Counted from the stretch's first letter, positions 12,854 to 27,110 are shown. The stretch: DNA of 64,000 nucleotides from Octopus vulgaris (GCA_951406725.2 OX597814.1:64108001-64172000); one strand, 5' to 3'. The notes: generated by a model from the sequence alone, not told the origin. A program made the numbers and translations.

Positions 12854-13609
12854 TTCAGTTGCTGTTCATACTGTTGTTGTAATTCTTTTCGTTGTTGTTG
12901 TTTGATGATGATGATGATGATGATGATGACGACGACGACGACGACGACGACGATGATGATTTTGATGAAGCTATTGTTATTCTATATTTGTTGTACCGTT
13001 AGTCTGTGAAATTGACTCTGTTAATTTGCTTCACATCTTTCCAATGTCGTTAAAACAAATGTACGAGTCAATCGTCGTGATCAATGAAAAGAGTGACCAC
13101 CCAACACCCAATCAAGTTTGTGGTCGTGTGCCAATGTTAAAAATCAATAAATATTTTTAAAGAGGATTTAGTTTGGAAGAGTCGTTAAAGCATCGGACGA
13201 AATGCTATGTGATATTTAGTTACGTGCGTATACATTCTCGCTTTCCAATCCTGTCGATATTTATATCACCCTTTATTGTTCTGGGGATCGACGGAATAAA
13301 GAACTAATCAAATATCAGAAACTGATTTCATCAACCATAGGCCTCCTCCTACATGATATGCGAACACGTCCGTGTGCCGAAGTTATACATTTTTATCAGT
13401 TGTTGTTGTTACTACTACTACTACTACTACTATTACAACTACTACTACTAAGGCGGCGAGCTGGCATAACCGTTAGCACTCCGGGCAAAACACAGCATTT
13501 CGTCCGTCATTACGTTTTGGGTTCAAATTCCACTGAGGCCGGAGTAGTCGATGTAATAGACTTACTTCCTTCTCGAAGTTGCTGGCCTTATACCTAAATC
13601 TGAAGCCAT

Positions 13610-13639
13610 CATTATTGTTATTACTATTATTATTATTAC

Positions 13640-13671
<32 letters not shown>

Positions 13672-13672
13672 G

Positions 13673-13750
<78 letters not shown>

Positions 13751-13773
13751 TATTATTATTATTATTATTATGG

Positions 13774-13850
<77 letters not shown>
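13610..13850. repeat. (TTA)n microsatellite
   Basis: Direct reading; source of the poly-L/I/Y pseudo-ORFs. Confidence 0.98.
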
Positions 13851-14603
13851 TCTCCTTCACTTCTCAGAGCTTTCGATTTCACTTGTTCTGGTTAATTCTG
13901 TAAGCGCGGACGGCAAATTTATCATTATTATTATCGGTGTAATTGTTGTTATTATAACTGTTGTTGTTCTCGTATTTATGGCAATCACCATATAACCAGA
14001 AGTCTCTGATGTGTAATTTCAGTGACTTGGCTTGCTGGATACACTGCTTTTTGGACAGTTATTTGCTTTGGAGCTTATCGTCCTCAGCAGAAAAAATAGA
14101 AGGCTTGGTTTTTTTTACGATATCAGAACTGTAATATCAAGTTGGCAGAATAGCTAGAGCGTTGGATAAAATGCCTTGAGGAAATTATTTACACTCTATA
14201 TGTTTTCAGTACACATTTCGAAGAGGAAAGTTTGCCTTTCATCCTTCTGAGGCCAATAGAATAAAGTCCCAGCTAATTATCACGATCGATTTAATCGACT
14301 AACGCCTCCCGTCAAATATGCGTTCATGTGTTCTTGTTAGAGATATTAATTATAATTATTCTTAATGAAACGGTTGTTGACAGATTCAGTGTAACATCAG
14401 GTAAAATACTTTATAGTATTTATTTATGTCATTTTACCTTCTGAGGTCAGATTCAGCAAGGATCGATTTTGTTTAGTTTCGAGAGTGATAAAATAGAGTG
14501 GAAATCATACACTGGTTAACTCTATGGATATTATCAACTTTTTACCATGGCCTTATGCCTGTGTTGAAAATTAATATTGTTGCTGTTGTTGTTGTTGTTA
14601 TTA

Positions 14604-14716
<113 letters not shown>

Positions 14717-14717
14717 G

Positions 14718-14751
<34 letters not shown>

Positions 14752-14766
14752 CACTACTACTACTAC

Positions 14767-14799
<33 letters not shown>

Positions 14800-14843
14800 C
14801 ATTATCATTACTACTACTACTATTATTACTATTATTATTATAA

Positions 14844-15052
14844 AGGCGGTGAGCTGATAGAATCATTACCACATCGATAAAACGCTTAGCATCCTTTTTT
14901 TTCTCCCGTCTTTACGTTCTGAGTTCAAATTCTGCCGATGTCGACTTTGCCTTTCATCCTTTCGGGGTCTATAAGTACCAGCTGAACACTGGGGTCGATG
15001 TAATCAATTTTACCTCTCCTCAAAATTTCAGGCCTCGTGCCTATAATAGAAT

Positions 15053-15055
<3 letters not shown>
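14844..15055 (+). mobile_element. SINE family 1, well-preserved copy between (TTA)n tracts
   Basis: ggcggtgagctgatagaatc..gagttcaaattc (B box)..gcctttcatcctttcggggtc..aaaatttcaggcctcgtgcctata. Confidence 0.85.
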
Positions 15056-15123
<68 letters not shown>

Positions 15124-15429
15124 ATTATCATTATTATTATTATTATTGCAATTGTTATTAATGAGAATTATCACATTTTTGTTATTATTTTCCTAATAAT
15201 GTTTATTGTTATTGTTATTTTACTTAGTGTCGCTGTTATCAATCTACGTTCGTTATATTTTGAGTTGTGTGTTTTGCTACTTTATATAAAGTTAGGCAGG
15301 AATATTATAGCCACTGGTTTCTTGATAAGTATATTCCAAAGAGGAACCATAAACACGAATTTAAAACAAAATGACTAATGATTCAAATCAACACAATAAA
15401 TTTAAAATGTTATGCATGTATATATGTAC

Positions 15430-15485
<56 letters not shown>

Positions 15486-15496
15486 ACATAATAAAT

Positions 15497-15536
<40 letters not shown>

Positions 15537-15698
15537 GTATATGTAGGTATGTATGTATGTGTCTGTGTGCGTAAGGAGGTGTCAGCGTGTGCATGTGTAT
15601 GTGTGTGTATATATATATATATATATATAATTGAGGTGTATATGCGTGTAGCTATGTATATGTCTGTGAGTGTATGTGAATATACATATGTGTGCGTG

Positions 15699-15764
<66 letters not shown>

Positions 15765-16131
15765 GAGCTTGTTATATAATATAGGCGTACGTGTAAACAT
15801 ATATATGTAAATGAAAAATCATTGAATTTTAATTCGGGATCATTTCCTTGACAGAAACAGTTATCATTCTATATTTCATGATGTATTCAATAATGTTATA
15901 CTGTTTTAATCAAATTCTTTCTCTTTGTTTCCTTTATGTACATATACGAATAACCAAACTTCTGTTTGATATGGAACGTTTATGAATCGCTTTAACAATA
16001 AAATAGATTTTTACAATTCGTTTTTTATTTCTTTCTTTTTTGAATGGGAAATACTTTTTCTATTCCTGAGCGTTATACTAATACATTTGTTTGTTTAGTA
16101 CACCACCTGTCTTCGTCTTTTTTTTTTCGTG

Positions 16132-16186
<55 letters not shown>

Positions 16187-16187
<1 letters not shown>

Positions 16188-16452
16188 TGTTGTGTCTGGG
16201 GAGAGTCATTTTCTTTCTTTGCCTTATAATCTAACAAACTCACCGGTAAAATTTCCACTTATTTCGTATTTTTATTTTCCTAAAATTCTCGTTGCGTCTT
16301 GCAACCTTTTCAAGAGTCAAGATTATTGAAAAGGTTGCAAGACGCAATGAACATTTTAGGAAAATAATAATAAAAGATAAGTGGAAATTTTACTGGTGAG
16401 TGTGTTAAATTATAAGGCAGAAAAAGAAAATGACTCTCCCCAGACACAGCAG
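16187..16452. repeat. Foldback palindrome, arms of about 127 bp with a 12-nt loop, between (TA)n tracts
   Basis: ctgttgtgtctggggagagtca...gcaaccttttcaa | gagtcaagatta | ttgaaaaggttgc...tgactctccccagacacagcag. Confidence 0.92.
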
Positions 16453-16518
16453 AATAGGCTTCCACACACGAACTCATATAAAGAATCTTGCATACCAAAT
16501 CCAAAAACGAAATATATA

Positions 16519-16554
<36 letters not shown>

Positions 16555-16588
16555 TGTATGTATGTATGTATGTATGTATGTATGTATG

Positions 16589-16742
<154 letters not shown>

Positions 16743-18459
16743 AACATGTATATGTATACGTTTATGTAAGTGAGAATGAGTGCTCAGTACTACATTGGTT
16801 TCTTCATTTATGTGTTAAGGCTACCATTGATTTCATTTCAAGAAAATATCTTATATTAACTTTTTCGAGCCAATCACACACGCGCATACACACGCACACA
16901 CACACACACACGCGCTCGTATGCACGCACACACACATATTGCTATTGTTTTTACTATTTTACAATTGAAAACAGATGAAATGATGCAATACTCTTGATCC
17001 ATTAGTTTACATATGTGTTCTTGAATTGGTCATGAAAATCCAAATTTTATAATTAAAGACAAAGAAACTTATGTCACCATTGAATGATCCGTTACATGAT
17101 GCGCTAGCTTAAAAGCCGCACTCCGTGGACTTTTAAGTTAGCTCCTGCGGATGGCGAAATAGTACGACTATGATACGTTTATAATGACTATATGCCCTGG
17201 TGGTGTTTGATCAGAGGTAAAGGACGGATGAGAATTAATTCTGTAATGCAATCATTCTGTTGTTCTAGTCCCAAGTTGAAGTCCAACTGTTGGAAAATTA
17301 ATTCCAAAGTTTTTATCTCGACGTAAAATTAACGAAACGAGTTTCATTCATCTTCTTGATCTCCGACGTCTAACAAATGCCAGCCAAGATTGCATGAATC
17401 AATCAAGCTTTACCTGCTAGAAATAGTAACCCAAATGCTTTTAAAACAGATCCCAATGCTGGATGTTCAAGAACTAAATGAAGGGCAGATTTTCAATCCC
17501 GGGATCATCCTGATTCTAAAAAGGTATATGTCTATGTGAAGCAAATGTAGACTGAGATACAAGGGTCTCAGACGGACGGACAGAATTTCGCTTTTACTAT
17601 TATAATGCATTTTGAAGAGTTAATTTTGACGTTTGGTTAGAAATATGTGATAAAATTTGGTTTTGTGTCAAACATAAACTAGTGACTAACATTGTCTAAT
17701 TTTTTTCTGTTGCCAATGGAATAAGTTACACTTCGTTTCTGTTAAGTCATATTCTTAGAATATATTCAGAGGCTCATGCACAAATGTATAAGAAAGATTT
17801 CGTTTTATCTTAAATGATTAATTATGTTTGAATTACGAATTTAAGGTAAATTTTGCTGTGACGTCTAAGAGCATTTAGAAAGAGATGAAAGTTCTATAAG
17901 TAATGGAACAAGAAGTTTTTTTATGCTCACTCTCCACCTTAATGTATTAATGCTGCAGAGGGATAATTGTGCTTCGATACGTTTGCTTGACTAATTGTGC
18001 TTAACAGTCACATCCGTTCAACTCATACAGTTCTTACTATAAAATGGAGTAAACTATCACAATATAACCCTAGATATACAAAGAGACAGAATTATCGTAG
18101 ATGAAACCGTTTTTAGAGTAAATCTATTCAATCAGTATACACCTGTTTCTAAACAACAATATCAAAAGCATTATTGTTGTTCATGAAATGAATATATGTC
18201 AACCAGGAATTGTTACGAAAACAAGCCCGCTACTCCTCTAGTTCACTGTGCTATATTCCTATGAAGATGTCATAATATTGTATGATGTAATCATTTTGTA
18301 TTTCAATAAGCCACAGTTATGACACGTTACATGAAGACAGGAATGGAAAATTGTTAGAAAGGAAAAAATGAATAACATCTACCTTTAAGATGAAATTCTA
18401 GGTTCATTGTTATATTTAAGTGTATTTATTTTATTTATGTTTTATTTATACATTTAGAA

Positions 18460-18537
<78 letters not shown>

Positions 18538-19289
18538 ATAGTATGGCAATTAAAACAGACATTTACTGCATTTTTATTAGCTACGTTTTGGTAGCAACAT
18601 ATCTGCTTTTATTAGCTACATGTTTGTACACCAATAAAAACTATAAAAAGCCAAGTTCAAGCAATGTTCATCTGCTATCAGAAAGATCTGCTGCATTGGT
18701 AACAAGCGTATATAGGAATTAAGGGTTATAGGTAACGAAAGCACTGCAACATAGAGTAAAGCTGCTTTCCTTATGCTCTTTGTGTAGCACAAAATATGGT
18801 AACAACCAATCTGGCATAAACTGGCAATATTACATGAAGATAACGGGTCATAGAAGGAGCTTCTATCGTTGTTCGACTTGCTAGAATTAATAGGGACATT
18901 TCTATTAACCTACAACCTGCAGTCCTAAAAAGAAACCCAGAAAATATTAGTTAATACATCCTGATGTACTCTTATTTTTGTTGTTTTTGTAAAATCTCAG
19001 AAAACGAAAACGAAAGCAAGCAAAAAATAAGATTACAGTTAGAATAACTTATATTATGCTTGTTTAGTGGGTGCTGACGATGTTAATCAATAACACTTTC
19101 AACGCTAACAACATAAAGATAAGGTCTTTCAGTGAAATATCTCAAAACAATAGGTTGTGAGTATCACTGCAAGTTGATATAACTTTTAATGATATTATGC
19201 GATTTTGAAGAAAAGTAACTGAATAGATCCTCTCTCGAAAGGGTTTCTGGAAAGTTCTCACAGCAGGAACCAAGACTACGGCTTAAGGA

Positions 19290-19835
19290 TTGTATTGAGA
19301 TACAGAATCATCAGGACAACTGTCGACCTCCCGAACTAAGGAAAACATCATGAAAATTCATGACCTGATCTTAAAAAACAGTCACAGAACAATTGACGAA
19401 TTTGTTGATATGACTGGTGTACGCTGGAGCTCGTACCAACGAATCTTGAGCGAGGAATTGCAACTGAAAAGAGTTGCAGCAAAATTTGTATCTTACTTGC
19501 TCACGGAACATCAAAAGCAGTCACGATTGAATGCTTGTCGTGAACTGAAAGAACAGTTGGAAGTTGATCCGGACCTTTTTTTTCTAAGATCATCACTTGT
19601 AACGAAAGCTGGTACAACGGAATGTGCACATGTGGAAGAGGTGAAAAGGAAAACAACCGAAGCGTTAAAAGGCATCACTTTGCAAGAGTTCCGACACTGC
19701 TTCGAGTGGAAAACGCGCCTGGACCAATGTATTGCTTCAAATGGAGAATACTTTGAAGGCAATAAAAATGTAAACATGTAAAGCTATGTGAATAAAATAA
19801 TATTGCAAAATTTCGGTTTCCTTTGGGTACCCCCA
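19290..19835 (+). mobile_element. Internally deleted mariner remnant
   Basis: RILSEELQLKRVAAKFVSYLLTEHQKQSRL and WKTRLDQCIASNGEYFEG; 3' TIR-like tttcggtttcctttgggtacccc. Confidence 0.85.
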
Positions 19836-19839
19836 CATT

Positions 19840-19887
<48 letters not shown>

Positions 19888-20272
19888 AAGTATGGGGGTT
19901 TAGTTCACATGTGATCTAAACTATTAGGTACGCTAGGTAAGTGCTATAACGGATTACTAGGGCTCCAAGGTTGTAGCCGAGACGGTAGTTATGGAACCAT
20001 TGCAGATTTCCGATGCAGCGGATATATACTTGTTAAAGAGGATAAGAGAAAAATAAGGATGTCTACTACATCAGGATTTTAAGTCACAATCTATCTACGC
20101 AGGATTGCACCTAAGGACTCATACCCTTGTTTCTATAACTTCAGAAAGTTGAACTATGAATGGTTATGCTTCTTTTTCTTCTTTCTTTTCATCTCCTTAT
20201 TTTTTACTCCCTTCCTCTATGTCATCATCTCATTAATATACACCATTTTCATTTTCTCTATTTTCCCTCTTT

Positions 20273-20328
20273 GTCTCTGATGACGGAATATCCCAAACTC
20301 GGGAAAACCCCAGAAACAACCGTAAGAC
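20273..20328 (+). ncRNA. Eroded minimal hammerhead in a Penelope-like terminal remnant (about 19890-20410)
   Basis: gtct-CTGATGA-[weak stem II with tccc/ggga]-GAAA-caaccg-ta^agac; stem I gtct/agac is perfect. Confidence 0.65.
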
Positions 20329-20405
20329 TTTCAATTTCTTCCAATTATAATATTATATACGACTTGAGATGTTTGCCTTTCCTTAATGTTGTTGTTCTGT
20401 TTAAC

Positions 20406-20443
<38 letters not shown>

Positions 20444-21697
20444 CAGAAAGCAGAATGTCATGGGTATATCAACATTTCCAACTCGAGCATACATATACAA
20501 AAATTATATTCAAAATATTAATGTATGGAAGGAAAAAATAAATTATAGAAAATTACTATAGAAGAAACGAAAGGAAATTTAGTAAGATATAAGAAAGGAA
20601 ACCGTGGGTAGTGGTGATGAATTGGAAGATTATGTATATGAGAGGGAGAGACTTAGAAAGGTTGTCGTTAATAATCTAGAGGTATTAATAATATAGAAAA
20701 GAAAGTGAAAGTTGTATGGAATGAAAAAGAAGTTTGCAGATATTGTGTTTATGAAATATAGAGAGTAAGACCAACAAAACATGAAAGTTAAACTAGAATG
20801 AGAGTGGAGACAGAGTGAGAAGAATAAAATTAGTATGGTAGTTCGGATGATACAGCTATATAAAGTAAATAAAATGAGTGTGCTGTTGATCAGAAAGTAA
20901 AATAGTGAGAAAAACGGATTGTAATGGTGTTTAAAAATATATAATAGTATAAAACATTTGGATATTTTTTTTAAAAGGACTCATAGATAGTTTATATTAA
21001 TTGTTAGTATCGAAAATAGGGTTAAAGTTTATTGACAATACTAAAATATACAATAGTACTATGCAAGTTATAACATACACACTATTGCAAGCATGTCAAA
21101 TAATTTATTATACACTGGAATAAATTATTTTTCGCGATGTTGACTGCGAAACGGCCGTCACCCTATGGATATCAACTGATGAATTAAATATATTAATCTC
21201 ATACTACTGATTTTCTTTACATTCACTATATTCCTCCCGAAATAATCTTCACGGATTGGATTTACTGGACTTGAACTGCATAGGACTCTTCATTATACCC
21301 CTATGTATTATTTTATTACGTGGTTTGTATCCTGGGCCACTAAAGATTTTTTCAGATTCTCATCGGATTATGTAAATTCATATATTGTGCATTAAAATTA
21401 AATATACGTGTGTGTCTGCAGGTGTATGTGTGTGTGTCGGCATGCGTGTGCATGTGTGTGTGAGTGTATGTGCGTCTGTGTACATACGTATACTATGTTT
21501 CTGTGAGAAAGACACCCACACAGAGGGAAGTAGTTTTCTTCATCGTTTGTCTATGGTAAATATGAAGAGATACATCTCAACACAAATTCACTCTGATTAA
21601 GTCAAATTGTCAACTAAATATCTCTTAAAACTGAGACAAATCAAGTTGAAATCAAGCTTTCGTATTGCGTCATATAGATGTGTGTATAAATATATTT

Positions 21698-21737
<40 letters not shown>

Positions 21738-21739
<2 letters not shown>

Positions 21740-22010
21740 TTTAGTAGTTAGGGCATTTGGCTCACGGTCTAAGGTCGTGAGTTCAATTCCCGGCGACGCG
21801 TTGTACTCAGCTGGTAACAATGAGTAGTATCTGTATTTCAAAGGCCACCCTTGTAACACTCTCTGTCACGCTGAATCTTCCAGAGAACTACGTAAAGGGT
21901 ACACGTGTCTGTGGAGTGCTCAGCCACTTACACTTTAATTTCACGAGCAAGGTGCTCCGTTGATCGTATCAGCCAGGACTCTCGTTGTCATCGTAACCGA
22001 CGGAGTGCTC
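21738..22010 (+). mobile_element. tRNA-derived SINE family 3 (second copy 37165-37445 on -)
   Basis: tagtagttagggcatttggctcac..gagttcaattccc (B box)..gtgtctgtggagtgctcagccac..cgtaaccgacggagtgc. Confidence 0.8.
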
Positions 22011-22061
22011 CTATATATATATAAATGGAGTTAAAAGCAGGTGTTATTCAAATTCTTTTCC

Positions 22062-22125
22062 TTCCGACACATGTTTCGAAGATATTGGTATTATTCCAAA
22101 GGAATAAAATCTTCTCTTCAAGGAA
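22062..22125 (-). ncRNA. Minimal hammerhead with C3U substitution
   Basis: Minus strand: ttcc-TTGAAGA-gaagat(..ttattcc ttt ggaataa..)atcttc-GAAA-catgtg-tc^ggaa. Confidence 0.75.
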
Positions 22126-22534
22126 ATGAAGAAATAAAACTCGTCAATAAAACATTTTAAGAGAATATGATGGATATGTATAGTGATGAACTGAATGCTA
22201 TTAAGTTTTTTTTAAAAAAAGTTAGAGGATATAACGTCAAAGGTAGCCTATAGAAAGAGGATAAAGCAAGGAATTTTGTCTTCTCTGTGAACTATCTTTT
22301 ATTCTTTTTTCTAAAATTCCCCTTGTAAACACGGTTATAGAACGTACTTATCGATGTAAACATTGGCAGAAACACATCTTTAGCTCATATAAGTGATATC
22401 TATCATTATATATAATTTAAACATTGATTTTCTTCTTACGTTTCACTTCTGCTAGAAGGCTTTATGGTTTTATTTAATTCGCGTTTCGTTCTATATTTCT
22501 CATTTATTTGGTTTCTGATTTTTTTTCTTTCCTT

Positions 22535-22997
22535 ATTTTCATGCAGTATCTGTCTGAAAAGAAACTCAAACATTCCTATGTCCCTGGTGAGGGATCTGAT
22601 TGAGTTGGAGGAATCGATGTCAATCATAGCTTGGATCTCACCAGCAAATGCAGGAGTTCTTTTCTTATCAGAACGATCAAAGTGAGTTTTCCGAGCTTCC
22701 GTACCTTCGAAATCATCATTAGATTCATCCAACTCTTTCGGAATCCTCTACACTGTACTCAGATTGACACACAAACACTCTGAAATGTTCGTATTAGAGC
22801 TTCCGGCGCCAATGCCAAGTAGCACAACATGTTGTTTCCAAATTACTGTCAGAGTGAATTGCATCATGGTGCTGTTTTTCTCACAGATAGTGCCCAACTG
22901 ACCCTACTATACTGTGTCGTCGACAAATAAAATACACACAATGCACATGCGCGAAATTAAATATATAAACTAAGGACAATTTACCCATCGCACCTTG
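22535..22997 (-). mobile_element. Tc1/mariner 5' fragment (TIR and HTH region)
   Basis: RSDKKRTPAFAGEIQAMIDIDSSNSIRSLTRDIGMFEFLFRQILHE; TIR-like caaggtgcgatgggtaaattg. Confidence 0.7.
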
Positions 22998-24002
22998 AAC
23001 ATACACACATACATGCATACATGCATACATGCACGCACGCATACATATGTACATATATTCATACATACATTATGTCTACATGCAAACAAACATAGCATAC
23101 ATGCATACCACTAAAAGTTACCTTCTTGCTTTTCATGAATAAGAAATCACTAATAAGTGCAAAAGATAGCGAAAAGTCATCCAACCAGGAATGTAGTCAA
23201 AAGGAAAACCCAAAACTGAACCTGATCTTTTTAACTGCTAAGCAATGTTTTTTTGTTTGTTTTTTTTTCATAAGCTACGTACCGATGCGGCATGATTTGG
23301 TGGCCAGAACAATCTAGAATAAAATAAAAGAATTAAAAAAGGAACAACAAATGAAAGCAATCAAACACATTGAGACAGTGGATACGAAGTTATATGCGTC
23401 GAACCAAGGAAAAACACCGCAATGAAATTTTAAATTGTTTGAAGCAACAAAATAAAATTATATATTAATGCACATCTGAGGTTGCTGTAGTTAAAGAATG
23501 CAGCAATTCAAAATATATGCAATTAAGAATATAAGTATTGCAGAGCATGTAATGTCGGTATCTAAATGCAGTTTCACTTGATAAATATTTTATTGCAGTA
23601 ACAGAATATTTCTAAATCCGGTCGAGCAGAGTGTGAGTTTTTCATTTGCCAAATTTCAACAAGAGCTAAATTTTGGCGGAGTGAATATCAAAAATATTAA
23701 ATCTGAAAGGGGAATCGTCTAAAATTTCATTGTTACGTTATTATTACCTATGACGCAATTGTACTGACACACACACGCACACACACACACACACACACAC
23801 ACGCATGCACACGCACACACATGCATACATACATACATACATACATGCACATTTATATACACATACACACATATATGTATGTATGCATGTATGTATGTAC
23901 GTATGTATTATATGTATGTATACATATACATATATATTTATATATATATAAATATGTATGTATGTATGTATGTATAGAGGGAGGGAGAGAGAGAGGGAGG
24001 GA

Positions 24003-24303
24003 GGCGCAATGGTCTAGTGGTTAGGGCAGTGGACTCGCGGTCGGAGGATCGCGGTTTCGATTCCCAGACCAGGCTTTGTGTCTGTTTATTGAGCGAAAAC
24101 ACCTATAGATCCACGAGGCTCAGGCGGGGGGTGGTGGCGACCCCTATTGTACTCTTTCTCCCCAACTTTTTCTCACTCTTTCTTCCTGTTTCTTAAGTAA
24201 CGCTGCGATGGACTGGCGTCCCGTCCCGCAAAGGGGGATTACATACGCCATAGAAGCCGGGAAACCGGGCCCATGATCCTGGCTAGGCTTGAAAAGGGCG
24301 CAT
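24003..24303 (+). mobile_element. tRNA-derived SINE family 4
   Basis: ggcgcaatggtctagtggttagg (A box), ggtttcgattccc (B box), 3' part gcgatggactggcgtcccgtc..gaaaccgggccc. Confidence 0.85.
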
Positions 24304-24338
24304 AAAAAATAATATATATATATATATATATACATATA

Positions 24339-24575
24339 CAGGATGGTCCAAAAGTAGGTTTACAGTTATCATGTAGGCACTTTAAATTTCTTTTAAAACA
24401 TTTTATTACATTTAAATTTCTATCTTACAAACTGAAAGGGGAACTTGACAAAATTAACTAAATTAGCATAGAATAACGTTTTCATATTTATTATTATTAT
24501 TAAGATCTAAACTGTGAATATGTGAATGCGAAAGAGATAGTTGAATAACTGAAAACCTACTTTTGGGACATCCTG
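24339..24575. mobile_element. Tc1/mariner-type MITE, with an inverted near-identical copy at 24796-25028
   Basis: TA|caggatggtccaaaagtaggtttacagtta ... taactgaaaacctacttttgggacatcctg|TA. Confidence 0.88.
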
Positions 24576-24729
24576 TAGATACATTCTTGCATTTATATAT
24601 ATATATATATATATTGGTAAAAACGGTAAGATAACAAAAGAAAGAAAGAGACCTCGATATTATATAGATATAGGAATTTATCTGTAGATGTAATATGTGA
24701 CAATTTTCGGCCGAATAATTGTCACATAT

Positions 24730-24792
<63 letters not shown>

Positions 24793-25034
24793 GCAATGTC
24801 CCAAAAGTAGGTTTTCAGTTATTCAACTATCTCTTTCGCATTCACATATTCACAGTTTAGATCTTAATAATAATAATAAATATGAATCCATTATTCTATG
24901 CTAATTTAGTTAATTTTGTCAAGTTCCCCTTTCAGTTTGTAAGATAGAAATTTAAATGTAATAAAATGTTTTAAAAGAAATTTAAAGTGCCTACATGATA
25001 ACTGTAAACCTACTTTTGGACCATCCTGTATATG

Positions 25035-25116
<82 letters not shown>

Positions 25117-25168
25117 TATATACATATACATATACATATACATATTTGTATATATATGTATGTATTTG

Positions 25169-25203
<35 letters not shown>

Positions 25204-26066
25204 CATACACACATACCTACACCGAAGTTTATAATGGCAAATTTTGCCCGTCTTGTGTGACATTATGACAACTTTCTTATCCATCACAGAATTCGTTTCG
25301 TGACAACGTTCATTCATTAAAGTAAATTAAATTTGAATTCCATCTTTACGTGATAATGAAGTACTCTTTTACTCTTTCGCATGTTTCAGCCCTAACGCTG
25401 AGGCCATGTTGGGGCACCACCAGTGGAATAATATTTGATCATATCATTTAGTTGTTTTCAGCCTTCACGGTCAACGCAGAAGGTCGGATAAACTTCTATG
25501 TGTGTAGTATTCGGTTACGTATACTAGCGTTCTGAGTTCGAGTCCACATGAAGTTAAATTATTTTTCTTTTTATCCTTGTCTGATCGCTAAAATAAAAGC
25601 AGTGAAGTATTTTCCTAAGAAACGTATGGTCCCTTAAATCCTTACTATCATTATTGTTGAAAATCCTAACTATTATTATTAGAGACGTACATAAGAGAAT
25701 TAAGAGAGCTTGAGTTTAGTTATATCCGATATGTTCTGGGTTCAAAATTCGCTGATGATGACTTCAAGGATTGGTAAAATAAGTAGAGTAGCCGATAAAA
25801 TCCCTCATAAATTTATGTGGATATTATCAGTCATTATTATTATCATTCTATAAGGCGGCAAGCTGACAGAGTCGTTAGCATGCCGGGCAAAATGCTCAGC
25901 AGCATTTCGTCCGTCTTTACACTCTCGGGTCAAATTCCCCCGTGGTCGACTTTATATTTCATCTTTTTCAAGTCGATAAAATAGCACCGAGTACCAGAGT
26001 CGATGTAATTGTTTATTCCCTCCCTTAAAATTACAGGCCTTGTGTCTCCAGTAGGAAAGATTATAA

Positions 26067-27110
26067 CACTGGGGAACATGAGAACTGGTGCTTAAGATAC
26101 TGGACATTTTTTTCTTTAGGTAAGTTTTGGTCTCTGATTCTAAATATGCCATTAGTTTTTTTCCATCACTTCTTTTTACTGAGATATGATACACCCCTAA
26201 TTTTAAAGCATACGACCGATCGGACAATAGCACTGATGCCTATAAATCATTATTTTTGCCTTCTGGATTAATAAAACAAATTCTATACATAGATTTCTTT
26301 TATTTATGAAGAATTTACATCAGAGAATAAGATAATAATGAAACAAGCATAGAAAATTGTCATTGATACACTGTTCATTTACTCAGGTATCTCACAAAAG
26401 CGGTGTTTCAAAGACTTCTTGCGGTGAGCTGCGCTTGAGCAATCACTTTGATTAGACAAGTGGTAATCTGCCATCAAGTCGGTATCCCAGTGTCCCCGAT
26501 ATCTTTCCTCCATAGTTCTTAAATCTTGATGGAATCGTTCACAGTACTCTTCATTTAGGTCACCAAGGTTTTCTGGAAGACGATCCAAGTGATCGTGGAG
26601 ATAATGCACTTTGATACTCATTGTACAACCACAGTGAAAGAAGACCATGCATCTGTGTCAGCATTGTTCACTGAATCTTTGAAATGTGAATATTCCATGA
26701 GTTCTTTGATTTGCAGACCGTCCAAAATACCTGGCGTCATGACTACTGTTTTCAGGTGTAGAACAGGATTTATCTTCTTCAGGGAGCTCCTCTACATTAA
26801 TGAATGATGGGACTGGTATTTTCTCTGGGTGTACAGCATGTGTTTTGCCGAGTCTAAGTCAAGATACATTCATTTATTCCGATTACGTCCATTAATGCCT
26901 CTTATGTTAGTTAGGCAGAAGTTATTATCTTCACTGTGATTCTTTTGCTTTCTCCACATTATAGCTATACCAAATTTTCAGGTATTTATTCGTCCCATTT
27001 GTCCACAGCCGAAGGTGCTCAATACTAGTTTTACAGACAATGTGTGGAGCCCATGTCTTATCTTGGTCCCCTAGCTTTATTATGCCCTTTTCACAAAATC
27101 AGAAATGGAT
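26067..27110 (-). mobile_element. Chapaev3-like (CMC) DNA transposon remnant
   Basis: MSIKVHYLHDHLDRLPENLGDLNEEYCERFHQDLRTMEERYRGHW..MADY; N-terminal LGDQDKTWAPHIVCKT; terminus cactggggaaca. Confidence 0.8.

Noticed and set aside
25217-25317. Possible minus-strand first exon [17 protein letters not shown].. with a gtatgt donor
   Set aside because: The donor is part of a (TG/TA) microsatellite edge and no compatible downstream exon was found.
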